IMG/VR virus record: IMGVR_UViG_3300010358_000002
Strand: one strand, 5' to 3'
Length of the DNA stretch: 64,000 bases
DNA from: an uncultured virus (IMG/VR IMGVR_UViG_3300010358_000002)
Taxonomy: Duplodnaviria; Heunggongvirae; Uroviricota; Caudoviricetes
The translations under genes and the position numbers were made by a program. Shown in pieces: positions 45,364-54,697 of this stretch (positions are counted from its first letter, which is position 1; each line of letters starts with the position of its first letter). The notes beneath the pieces are model-generated. The model was not told the DNA's origin. It saw only the letters and a program-made list of their open reading frames with translations, and did no database searches.

Positions 45364-46197
45364 TCACAGTTTTAGCATGATATTCCAACCAGCATAAGGC
45401 TGCATTACGTTGAATGCTACACCTGATCCACTATTATTGGTTCCAGAGCTAGGACCACCTCCATTCGTATTATTAGTGATGAAATCTGCTGAGTAAGTGG
45501 AAACATAATTTTGCTGAACTTGCCATGCAAGACTATAATTAAAACTGTGACCATGAAGAGTTAATTCACTCGGAGTTTGCGTATGAGCTTCCTCACCACC
45601 ATATACTCCTAACGGTCTAGCCGTAAGACCTGCTCCTGTACCTCCAACAATCAATACACGTCCTAATTGCCGGGTGAGTTTGATAGGTTTATGTGCTCCC
45701 CAATCAGTAGCAGCACTCGTACCACGTCCCCCGGTTACAGGAGCCCATGTGTCTGTGATGTTATTCCACATCAATGTAAAAAGAGCTTGACAATCAGCAT
45801 TCGCACGAGTAGTTGCTCCTGAAGTTGCATCACCAATCGTACCATCATTCATTAAAATCCATGTAGGATCAGCAACAGCCTTTAGAGTTAATTTAGCATC
45901 ACCGGTAGAAAATCCTCCGGCTGGTTGAACCTGTGCCCATTGAGCAGGATTGAATGCTCCTGCTGGAACAGCCGTAGTTGCAAGATAAAGAACTCCTTGA
46001 TAACTGACAGCCGCCCCGGCAGGATAAGGAATAGAAGGCGAAAAGAACGGCACACCGATAAGATCTTGTGCCACGTTGCTATTATCAAAAACACCGAGTT
46101 GCTTATCAGCAACATTGACATACATTTCCCCATAAGTTCGTCCACTAGGGCGAGCACCAGGGGTTATTGAACGTAGGAATTTGAGGATATTTGCCAT
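45364..46197 (-). CDS. Short tail fibre with collar domain (paralog of 44210..44926)
   Basis: Shared GDAKLTLK...TTRANADCQALFTL.WNNI; HGH; NVMQP...NIMLKL. Confidence 0.8.
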   Translation of the reverse strand: MANILKFLRSITPGARPSGRTYGEMYVNVADKQLGVFDNSNVAQDLIGVPFFSPSIPYPAGAAVSYQGVLYLATTAVPAGAFNPAQWAQVQPAGGFSTGDAKLTLKAVADPTWILMNDGTIGDATSGATTRANADCQALFTLMWNNITDTWAPVTGGRGTSAATDWGAHKPIKLTRQLGRVLIVGGTGAGLTARPLGVYGGEEAHTQTPSELTLHGHSFNYSLAWQVQQNYVSTYSADFITNNTNGGGPSSGTNNSGSGVAFNVMQPYAGWNIMLKL

Positions 46198-46772
46198 TAG
46201 AAAGTTCCTAGATCGGTAGTCCCAGTCCAGGCATTATTATTCCGACCATAGTTTGTTCCGTCAGCAGGAGCATCTGGTACAGTCAACCCTGCGGTTGAAA
46301 ACAACGCATCTACGTATTGTTTCGTTGCTGTACCAAGAGCATTCACAGGATCTGCTGCCTGGAGCAAGGGACCAGTCATTGTCCCGCCAGATTTCTGAAG
46401 ATACCCGGTTAATGATGTATTCATATTATTTCGTAAAGTATCAACATAATTTTTCGTAGCAGCAGTAGTAGAACCATCAGCAGGTTGTGGATCTGCATTT
46501 AGGAGTAACTGGCCTGTCATACTACCGCCAGCCAGGAGCAGATAATTCCCAAGATTGACTAATGCACCATTGATATAAAGAGTTGGAAGATTTAATGTTC
46601 CAGTTCCCTTATTCCCCCCGGAAGGATTCCCTATTACAACTCCATTCTGATAAATAATATAGGCGGAGGTCGCATCTTTCATTGTATTCCAAGGCGTGGG
46701 CGGAGTAAGCGGACCGCCCGCCCCGGAACCTAGGATTGCTTCACGTGGTTCAGCTACAGGTGCGTCAGTCAT
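46197..46772 (-). CDS. Tail fibre proximal/adaptor protein
   Basis: GG.MTG.L..ADP...ATK.YVD repeats; DAPADG..YGR; C-terminal DLGTF. Confidence 0.75.
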   Translation of the reverse strand: MTDAPVAEPREAILGSGAGGPLTPPTPWNTMKDATSAYIIYQNGVVIGNPSGGNKGTGTLNLPTLYINGALVNLGNYLLLAGGSMTGQLLLNADPQPADGSTTAATKNYVDTLRNNMNTSLTGYLQKSGGTMTGPLLQAADPVNALGTATKQYVDALFSTAGLTVPDAPADGTNYGRNNNAWTGTTDLGTF

Positions 46773-46773
46773 G

Positions 46774-47079
46774 TTATGGCCATTGAACAGCGGTGAATTT
46801 ATGATTTGCGCTTGCGGATGCTACACTAACCGGGGAGGTTGTGTTCGGGATTACTGTATATGACTGCCCTGGTTGGAGGGCAATAGTCGTACCATTGGCT
46901 TGAGTATCAGCAGCTCCTACCTGATTAACATAGAGGACTTCTGCAGATGCAAGCCCTTGATCTGCTGCCGTAAGGGGATTAACGATATAACCCCCTGACA
47001 TGTTGGGACCGATAGCATTCGTGGGTATACCAGGAGTTGAGCCTGTTTGTGTCGCAAGACCGACAGCAGGGGTAGCCAT
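46774..47079 (-). CDS. Small virion/baseplate-associated protein
   Basis: GGAG RBS; similar to the N-terminus of 48574..50184. Confidence 0.7.
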   Translation of the reverse strand: MATPAVGLATQTGSTPGIPTNAIGPNMSGGYIVNPLTAADQGLASAEVLYVNQVGAADTQANGTTIALQPGQSYTVIPNTTSPVSVASASANHKFTAVQWP

Positions 47080-47091
47080 GTGATTCTCCCT

Positions 47092-48564
47092 TTATGTGAC
47101 CCATCCAGGTGCCAAGATATATCCAGCTTGAGTAGATGGGAAGTAAGTGGTTCCTACAAGGAATCCTACACCCCCTGCACTTCCAACAGCATATTCGTAT
47201 CCTTGGAAGGGCCAGCTTCCATATAGATTGATCGTGTTTCCTGATGGCCCTGTATCGTTAGCAACACTGATAATACCTCCAGTATTAGCTTCCAAGAAAT
47301 ATCCATAACAAGGTCCATCCAAATACAAATTCAAAACTATCTGGGTAAAATCGTCTCTACCACCAAGACCAATAAGTCCTGATTGTGCGACATCGAATAC
47401 TGCTTGTCCACCGACTGGTAGAGAAAGATGTATATTCCCGGTAATACCCACAGATCCACCAAGAGCCACTTCAACCACAGAACTATGGCCACTGGTAGGA
47501 GATTGAAAGTTACAGTTTGAAACATGCATCACTCCAGTATCACAACCAATACATGCACCATACGACTTAATGGAGAATCCATGAACTGTCAGATTTCCAA
47601 ACTTACCAGCACCGAATCCAGCAGGACCAGCTCCAGGAACATAGTTCGCTAGGTTTGTAGAAGTACAATCAATGAGGCAGTTGGCAGGATTGGCATCGTT
47701 CCCTTGAATTTCGAATGCTGAAATATACTGTGAACTATGAAACCCTGCTCCAATATATGACCCATCAGAAACCATAATCTTGACACTAATAGTAGAGATA
47801 TACGTGGCTTGTATCGTATTAATGGCTCCTTGAATAGTTTTGAAAGCATCTTGAGGAGTGTTAGCAAGTCCAGTATTGCTTTCCAAACCAGTTGTCATAT
47901 TCACAATACTGGTAGAATCAGATCTGACATAAAAAAGTGTGGGAGCAATTTTAGGAGAATGCATAATCGTAGACGAGAAATTGGTTCCATTCCATATAAA
48001 CAAATAGTCCATTGAACCAACAACGTCAGCACGAGTAAAATCAGCACCATCAGTATACTTGACCGCATATGCAGGAAGGCCGTTAAGGGCCATATCAGTC
48101 GCACCGGTATTCGCATGAGCTACTTTAATAACGAAACACATTCCAATAGCTAAGGCCGCAGGAACAGGATTAGTCGTAGCAACGATGTGGTTGATAGTAC
48201 CAACGTCAGTACCTACATAGATAAGAGATGTATTAGCAGGACCCGTGCCAGCCTGAACAAAGGCATTCAAAGTTCCCGCAGTAATCAAGTTCGCAAAGAT
48301 ATCACCGGCACCCCATGCCTTCGCAGTAGTTCCTTCCTGAGCACGAACAATGGTGGCAACATCCCCAGAAATTGCTGTGACATGGACAATTTCATTAATT
48401 GTCTTAGTCTGCTGGTCATAGAAGGTGGCTACAAAATAGTCACCACCAGTGGGTCCTGGTTGAAACAAGGTCCCACTATTAGCTGCCAATGCGACAGTGG
48501 TATCAAGAGCCGTGATACCTCCTGAAACAGTGGTAGAAGCGTTATTATAGAATTTGATCGTCAT
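47092..48564 (-). CDS. Tail fibre/spike (baseplate anchor plus beta-helix-like body)
   Basis: NNAST...EIVHVT...RAQEGT.A..W anchor; FYVR...AFKTIQ.AI; Gly-rich repeats. Confidence 0.75.
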   Translation of the reverse strand: MTIKFYNNASTTVSGGITALDTTVALAANSGTLFQPGPTGGDYFVATFYDQQTKTINEIVHVTAISGDVATIVRAQEGTTAKAWGAGDIFANLITAGTLNAFVQAGTGPANTSLIYVGTDVGTINHIVATTNPVPAALAIGMCFVIKVAHANTGATDMALNGLPAYAVKYTDGADFTRADVVGSMDYLFIWNGTNFSSTIMHSPKIAPTLFYVRSDSTSIVNMTTGLESNTGLANTPQDAFKTIQGAINTIQATYISTISVKIMVSDGSYIGAGFHSSQYISAFEIQGNDANPANCLIDCTSTNLANYVPGAGPAGFGAGKFGNLTVHGFSIKSYGACIGCDTGVMHVSNCNFQSPTSGHSSVVEVALGGSVGITGNIHLSLPVGGQAVFDVAQSGLIGLGGRDDFTQIVLNLYLDGPCYGYFLEANTGGIISVANDTGPSGNTINLYGSWPFQGYEYAVGSAGGVGFLVGTTYFPSTQAGYILAPGWVT

Positions 48565-48573
48565 GGTAGGTCC

Positions 48574-50184
48574 TCACCCTATGGAGCATGTCCAGTTAAA
48601 CTGGTATGGAAGTTCAATAACACCTAGATCTAACGCCTGTTTGAATTCATGCATATATGGCAACGGATCATATCGTTCGTAGGTTGTTTCAAGATCATTT
48701 ATATAAATTCCACCTGGAGGTACAATCCCGGTAGGCATTGGCGTTGTGTCAGTTCCTATATCCCAAGCTCCAAAAGGAGCTGGAGGAGGCCCTGGAATAA
48801 ATATTCCAAAAGCTGGTTCAATCCCATTACATCCTACCCAATTGATGATCCCTCCGCCAGTCACAGTCCGCTTGCCCATCACAAAACGAATATGGGCATT
48901 GCGGTGAACACCGAACGTAATGCTGATTTGCCTTGTATCCGCGATAAAAGCGTCGTCTGGATCGGCAAGGCTTCCTGGCCAAGTATCAGCCGGGTGTGGA
49001 GCACCTATTGTAGGATCTACAAAGTCCCAATGCTTACCATCTGTCCCATATAGAAACCGCCAAATACGACGTTTGATATATTCAACCGAACAATAGTTTC
49101 CATCCTGCTTAAAGAAATGCCATGTTATGATACGACGATAAAGATCATCACTAGTAAGATAAACATTCATCGGACCATACAGCCCAATCATATTATACCC
49201 GAAATTAGCTTCTACCGCTGCATTAACAGTTTGAACATAAATCTTCTGTCTATCATCCCATAAAATCTTATCACCCTGAGTAATTAACTTTCCACCAATA
49301 CCGGGTAGAGATGCAGGGGCCGTCTCCGGTACTGTCGGATTAGCCGTAATAGCATTCCAATAAAAGCCATCGAATGGATCAATAACATTGGGACTAATAT
49401 CAGGATCATTAGCAGCAACACTCCAATTCCCCTGGTTGAAAGTAAGTTGTGGAAAATCCCACATGGGCACGAGCCAGTTGCATCCATAGGTATTCAATGG
49501 CCCCATCAAACCCATTCGGCCAGAACCAAGAGTAGGCCGAGAGATTCCGTATACACCGCGCGCAACCCAATCCAATAGTTTCCCAGATACAGGATAATTG
49601 GTATAGATAGGAAGGTTCAATCCATTAAACGTATCAACATAGTTCTGTTGCATTTGATTTTGGGCTTCAACAAAACCCTGAAGATCATCGTCATCAGTAT
49701 ACTGTTGATAAAGGTAGGATGGAATAACATCAACAAGGCCAGTCACATGTCCTGGAGGATACGGCTGTGTCCCAGGTTCAGCAACTACGCTTGGGACATC
49801 AGAAGCAGGATCGCCGGGAACAGGAATAGCTGGAGGAACTTTATAGGAGGTAGAAAAGAATGCTGTGAACTTGTGTCTGGCATAAGCTGAAGCCACCCAA
49901 ACATTTGATTTTGGTGGAATAAGAAACCATTGTCCAGGCTGAAGTTCTATTGTTCCAGGTATACTAAGATTTCCTAATGGGGCAGAAACTAGATTAATAT
50001 ACAAAACTTGAGGAGTAGGAGCAATAGCCCCCTGATCTATAGCACTAAGAGGATTTATGACAACGCCACCCCTCTCACTTAATACATCATCAGCAACAAG
50101 GACAGCAAGATCAGCTTCATCGGTCTCCGTAGAGTACCCCGGTTGAAGCATCCATAACTGGTTTTCAGGTGCTACTGGCATCAC
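48574..50184 (-). CDS. Baseplate wedge protein
   Basis: IPSYLYQQY.DD.DL..FV; LLDWVA.GVYG; SDDLYRRI.TW; adjacent to baseplate J-like gene. Confidence 0.7.
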   Translation of the reverse strand: MMPVAPENQLWMLQPGYSTETDEADLAVLVADDVLSERGGVVINPLSAIDQGAIAPTPQVLYINLVSAPLGNLSIPGTIELQPGQWFLIPPKSNVWVASAYARHKFTAFFSTSYKVPPAIPVPGDPASDVPSVVAEPGTQPYPPGHVTGLVDVIPSYLYQQYTDDDDLQGFVEAQNQMQQNYVDTFNGLNLPIYTNYPVSGKLLDWVARGVYGISRPTLGSGRMGLMGPLNTYGCNWLVPMWDFPQLTFNQGNWSVAANDPDISPNVIDPFDGFYWNAITANPTVPETAPASLPGIGGKLITQGDKILWDDRQKIYVQTVNAAVEANFGYNMIGLYGPMNVYLTSDDLYRRIITWHFFKQDGNYCSVEYIKRRIWRFLYGTDGKHWDFVDPTIGAPHPADTWPGSLADPDDAFIADTRQISITFGVHRNAHIRFVMGKRTVTGGGIINWVGCNGIEPAFGIFIPGPPPAPFGAWDIGTDTTPMPTGIVPPGGIYINDLETTYERYDPLPYMHEFKQALDLGVIELPYQFNWTCSIG

Positions 50185-51677
50185 AAGTTACCTTTCAACA
50201 CCTGGATTTTACCATTTTCAGTATAGAAATAACTATACGGATCACCAAAGATAACCTGAGTACCAGCTTGCGGAAACACCCCTATCTCATTAATAAAGAT
50301 TTCCCAAACTATATCAATAACATATTCACCTACAAGGATCGATTGTATAGCATCTAGAAACACCTTATTCATCACATTCAAGTTAATAGGAGTAGTTCCA
50401 GCCGGTAAGGAATTAATATAGTCTACGATTTCTGGGATTGCTGCTTGAGCAATCGCATCAGGTGACACATAGTTTGGAGAGTCTGTCCGCCACGTCAGAA
50501 CTATAGCAACACGTTCCTGTGGAGGAATAACAAACGGAACTAGATAGGTATCTGGAAAATCTGATACTGTAATGAATGCGTTAATTGGATTTGGAGACAG
50601 AGTACCTCCATACATATATGGTCCCCAATTATCTCCAATTATGGGCCTATCAAAAATAGGAGGAGGAGGAACCTTAGTCGTGTCAAAATGTGGTTCATAA
50701 GCCAAGAACTGTGTGTCCTTATTAGGGTCACTATCAGCAAGTCTTTTCACCATAATCTGTTGGCCATTAATTAAGGACATTCCTACAACACCAAGAATCT
50801 GTGCTACATCTCCATCTATAAAGTTATGATTATTCACCGTAGTAATCTGTATCGGAGTTGTATTGGTCATATTATCAACTCTGATTACAGCCCCGGCAAG
50901 GCCGGGAATATAAAAGTCTGCTTGCCAAATCGCATAAGCAACTTGATAAGGATCACCTCCACCTACAATTATGACATGATAATCGCCATCAGTTTGAACA
51001 GTTATCAACCGCATCTGTACCCCAGGAACATTCCCACACAATGTTTTCAGATATCGACCCATGCCCGTAGATGCTGCTAATCCAGCCGTAAAGCAACGTT
51101 CACGGAAAATGCTGATAGGTTCACCAGACTGTGAAGGAATGCCAGCTACCGGGTTAGAAACAGTTAATGGAGTATCAGCGGGCACAGAAGTTAACATTTG
51201 AACAACAGTGCCAGGAAGAACCTCCCAAGCACCTGTCACCGTCGCTAAAGCATACATGGGAAGTGTGTTTCCATCTAACCCACAGATCCCACCAGTTTGG
51301 CAAACATACTGATAAGTTCCATCTGAAACAACAAATCCTTGAGCAATGACATAACCGGGGGTGCCAGTGAATACGACATAAACCGCTGTGTTCGTAATGG
51401 GTTGATGATCTACCCCATAAAGGATCCCAAGTTGATTAAGCAGAAAAGCATTGGCTCCAAAAGGTGTTACCGAATTAACCAGATCTACAAGGAAACTATC
51501 ACTTTCTATCAAAGCATATGTATCTGTGCTTGAAATATCTTCGATTAGTGACCCTGGTAGATTGGCTGTATAGTCAGGCACAATCGCCGAGACAAGCGAG
51601 ATCAATTGCGCCCGCAAGTCTGCCGGAGCTGCCGGTTGCAATCCTTGATCAGTCATTATCAGTGGGAGAAGAGCCAT
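50181..51677 (-). CDS. Baseplate J-like protein
   Basis: YTANLPGSLIEDISST; V.FTG.PGYVI..GF.VSDG; GGGD.Y.VA.AI. Confidence 0.8.
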   Translation of the reverse strand: MALLPLIMTDQGLQPAAPADLRAQLISLVSAIVPDYTANLPGSLIEDISSTDTYALIESDSFLVDLVNSVTPFGANAFLLNQLGILYGVDHQPITNTAVYVVFTGTPGYVIAQGFVVSDGTYQYVCQTGGICGLDGNTLPMYALATVTGAWEVLPGTVVQMLTSVPADTPLTVSNPVAGIPSQSGEPISIFRERCFTAGLAASTGMGRYLKTLCGNVPGVQMRLITVQTDGDYHVIIVGGGDPYQVAYAIWQADFYIPGLAGAVIRVDNMTNTTPIQITTVNNHNFIDGDVAQILGVVGMSLINGQQIMVKRLADSDPNKDTQFLAYEPHFDTTKVPPPPIFDRPIIGDNWGPYMYGGTLSPNPINAFITVSDFPDTYLVPFVIPPQERVAIVLTWRTDSPNYVSPDAIAQAAIPEIVDYINSLPAGTTPINLNVMNKVFLDAIQSILVGEYVIDIVWEIFINEIGVFPQAGTQVIFGDPYSYFYTENGKIQVLKGNL

Positions 51678-52093
51678 TAGATCGGTTGCTCCGTAGGATA
51701 ACCGGGTTTTACCTGTACGCCGATTCGTGAACCATAATTCGTGAGAACATTGATATAGTACCTGGGAGCAGGACCCCCTTCTTGCCCCGTAGCGAAACTA
51801 TCCCGTGATCCTTGTTTAACAGGAGAGATTGATACAATACATGATGCAAAGTGAGGGGCAAATTGTTGTTGAATACGAGTTAAAAAGAGATCAGGATATA
51901 TCTGAGTCACCACTGAGGGATGAGCTGGTATGCCCCAATTAGCGAAAAATGGGCTTTCACCTAAATTCAATTTTACCACCTGAGCTAAGTCTGTTAAATA
52001 GACTGAATCATTGAATCCATTGATATCAGTAATCACAACCCACCACTTCTTTCTACCGGTGAGTACGTCTTGAGTTCTACCATAAGTTCGCAT
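51677..52093 (-). CDS. Baseplate wedge/sheath-initiator-like protein
   Basis: LKL-type segment followed by GESPFFANWGIP; position upstream of the J-like gene. Confidence 0.65.
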   Translation of the reverse strand: MRTYGRTQDVLTGRKKWWVVITDINGFNDSVYLTDLAQVVKLNLGESPFFANWGIPAHPSVVTQIYPDLFLTRIQQQFAPHFASCIVSISPVKQGSRDSFATGQEGGPAPRYYINVLTNYGSRIGVQVKPGYPTEQPI

Positions 52094-52119
52094 GTTAATG
52101 CCATTACTCTATTTAGTGG

Positions 52120-53373
52120 TTAAATTTTCGCATAGACATTTTTACTAGGACCACATATTGTCTGAACTAAACAGAATTTATCCTTCTTAGGATCACCGCC
52201 CAAATAGACTTTTCCTCCGCCACCACCTCCACCTCCGCCACCACCTCCACCTCCACCATTGGCCATAGGAGTTACGGTAGGTCTTCTAGTCCCTAACTGC
52301 ACTTTAGGCTTCGGTCTACTCCTTGCGTAAGTCTCCAACCTTTCATTTTCTCTAGCTACTTGCATCGCTATCATTTCTTGTATTTCCGCAGACATTCCAC
52401 CTATTCCACCTAATCCACCTCCAGCACCTCCACCTCCAGCCCCTCCACCTCCAGCCCCTCCACTTCCCCCACTTTGTTGATCTTCATCCCAACCAGCACC
52501 ACTTTCTTCACCTTGCGCACCAGGATTAACGATACACATACTACCGGAGTTTAGATATGCATTACTCTTACCGAAGATGGTACTGTCACCCTCACCGGTA
52601 AGCATGACTTTTTTATCTTTCTGAGATACTTTAAGATAATGCTTACGATCTTTACTTTGAGAGATTATTTGCCCATCTTTATCGAAACTAAATTCAGTAT
52701 AGTCCTTCTGCTTCTGTTGTTGCTGTTGTTGCTGCTGACCACTGCTCCCATTAGATGAGGATGAACCATTCGCAGTAGCGTAAGGAGCCGTCCCACCTCC
52801 AAATAAAATAGGATTCCTCTGCTGCATTACTTGTAGATGCGCTCTTGCAGAAACTGGAGATCCTGCTCCAGCCCCATTACCAGAACCTCCACTTTGTCCT
52901 CCTTGTTGCCCCTGCTGTTTCTTTTTCTCTTGATCCTCCATAACTTTACATCGCCAACCATTGGGACCACCTGTTTCCCAATGCTGGTCATAGTCACGCT
53001 TAGGGGCATTCAAATTACCTAATGGCTGGAACGATAGTGTAGAAAGATTCCCACGAGGATAGAAGTTAGCTTGACCTCCAGCAAACGCAGTGTTCCCACC
53101 TAGATAGTAGTCTCCAGGAACAGCCATAGCCTTATCGCCTACCTGAGTAGGCTCACGGCCAAACCTCGAAAATGACTGAGTCATTTTCATAACTGGTGGC
53201 GTGAAAATACTATTCTTCGTATCAAATGCTACGTGAACAAAGTCTTTCTCAATCTTTACAACGTGGGCAGGAATAGACTTAGCCTCTTGCTCACGGCCTT
53301 GGTTCACCCTTCTACCGGCCCAATTATTCATCTGGCCAGTGAAAGGATTTTTATGTGAGTCATATCGTCCCAT
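52120..53373 (-). CDS. Baseplate spike/assembly protein (gpV-like) with Gly/Gln-rich insertions
   Basis: OB-like IPAHVVKI...PTQVGDK; GNLSTL.F.P; GPNG. Confidence 0.65.
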   Translation of the reverse strand: MGRYDSHKNPFTGQMNNWAGRRVNQGREQEAKSIPAHVVKIEKDFVHVAFDTKNSIFTPPVMKMTQSFSRFGREPTQVGDKAMAVPGDYYLGGNTAFAGGQANFYPRGNLSTLSFQPLGNLNAPKRDYDQHWETGGPNGWRCKVMEDQEKKKQQGQQGGQSGGSGNGAGAGSPVSARAHLQVMQQRNPILFGGGTAPYATANGSSSSNGSSGQQQQQQQQKQKDYTEFSFDKDGQIISQSKDRKHYLKVSQKDKKVMLTGEGDSTIFGKSNAYLNSGSMCIVNPGAQGEESGAGWDEDQQSGGSGGAGGGGAGGGGAGGGLGGIGGMSAEIQEMIAMQVARENERLETYARSRPKPKVQLGTRRPTVTPMANGGGGGGGGGGGGGGGKVYLGGDPKKDKFCLVQTICGPSKNVYAKI

Positions 53374-53381
53374 GTTGCACC

Positions 53382-53900
53382 TTACGGGTTGATTTCGAAG
53401 GAACCATTTCGATAAACCATAGTAGATCTTGTAAACACGGATTGCACCATATTCAATAATCGACTAACATGTCCTACGATAACCAATGGCCCTGGATCTC
53501 TAGGCATAGGAAGAGTAAACCTTAGAGGCTGTATATGAAGACACCTGTATCTCCCATTGTATGTGTTAGGTTGAAATCCATCTAAGGTGTAATGTATGAT
53601 AGTCCCTGGTTTAGTAGCGATACCGGCATATGGAGTAGTCCAACCCCCATATGGAGCCATATCTACAGTCACAACACCTAAGAAAGGATCATATGCTGCA
53701 CTCAAAACACTACGAGCAGGAGGAGAGGAAATAAGCGGAACTGTTATTATCCACGTTCCATCCGCTGCGTAAACATTGATATAAAACCGCTGTGCAGATA
53801 CGTTCCAAGTTATCCTAATAGTATGATCTTCCCCATCTAGTCTTGCACTAAATTCAGGAGTTACCACATTTGAAGGAAGAAATGGGATTACAGTTGTCAT
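53382..53900 (-). CDS. Baseplate protein
   Basis: F.A.LDG...ITWN...QRFYIN; C-terminal FEINP. Confidence 0.65.
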   Translation of the reverse strand: MTTVIPFLPSNVVTPEFSARLDGEDHTIRITWNVSAQRFYINVYAADGTWIITVPLISSPPARSVLSAAYDPFLGVVTVDMAPYGGWTTPYAGIATKPGTIIHYTLDGFQPNTYNGRYRCLHIQPLRFTLPMPRDPGPLVIVGHVSRLLNMVQSVFTRSTMVYRNGSFEINP

Positions 53901-54697
53901 TATGAAATACCCGCGTATGGAAATCCTGCTGTTGCTGCGGAAGGCGGAAAATTCCAAACATCTTGACTCGTAATAGCTCTAATAGGTGAAAGATTCGCCC
54001 CTAAGAGTGCTGACGGAATTGTCTTAATTGTCAAAGCTAGGTTAGAATTTCCTCCCGGTACCCCAGGCTGAACTCCGCTTAAACTTCCATCTGTTTGTAA
54101 TCCATTAGCTATTTTCTGCATCTGTTGATTAAACATCAATTCAAGTTCAGCCAATGCCACGAGTGGTTTCTCAAAATCAAACCGCCATGCATTCTGTGGT
54201 AATGAATTGTTACCACGTGAATTATCTGTTAATGAAGTCATAATTAAATTTTCATATACATATGCGGGAGTTGCAACTGAATAGGTCCCGCCTCTATTAT
54301 TATGCTGATCCAAGGTTCCCTTTAATGCTGTCATTACAGATTGCTTAATCGCCCACACATCTGCAAATGGATCATTAGATGGAGGACGCATAGGGGCATC
54401 CATAATAACGGATATTGTCAAAGGTTCACGAATAACAGCATTCGCCGCTACAGCCTGATTTGCAAACGGATATTTTCCTATTGTTTGAGAAACCAACGTC
54501 CCACCCGGCAAGACGTTGAATGCACCAAAAGCATTATCCAAATCACCAATATCAAATGGCAATCCAAGAGCATTCACATCTGATCCTTGAGCAAAAAGAC
54601 TAAGCATCGGTAGCATACCACCGGAGATTTGACTAGCAACTCCACCAGTCAAAATAATAGGGCAGACTTGATATTTGAGTTGTTGTTCGAAGGGCAT
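53900..54697 (-). CDS. Distal tail/tube-initiator-like protein
   Basis: YPFANQ.VAANAVI; H...GGTY.V.TP; WRFDF..PL. Confidence 0.65.
   Translation of the reverse strand: MPFEQQLKYQVCPIILTGGVASQISGGMLPMLSLFAQGSDVNALGLPFDIGDLDNAFGAFNVLPGGTLVSQTIGKYPFANQAVAANAVIREPLTISVIMDAPMRPPSNDPFADVWAIKQSVMTALKGTLDQHNNRGGTYSVATPAYVYENLIMTSLTDNSRGNNSLPQNAWRFDFEKPLVALAELELMFNQQMQKIANGLQTDGSLSGVQPGVPGGNSNLALTIKTIPSALLGANLSPIRAITSQDVWNFPPSAATAGFPYAGIS

Noticed and set aside
44210..46197. Diversity-generating retroelement acting on the duplicated tail fibres
   Set aside because: No reverse transcriptase in the window and no near-identical repeat pair differing mainly at adenines; the similarity looks like ordinary paralogy.
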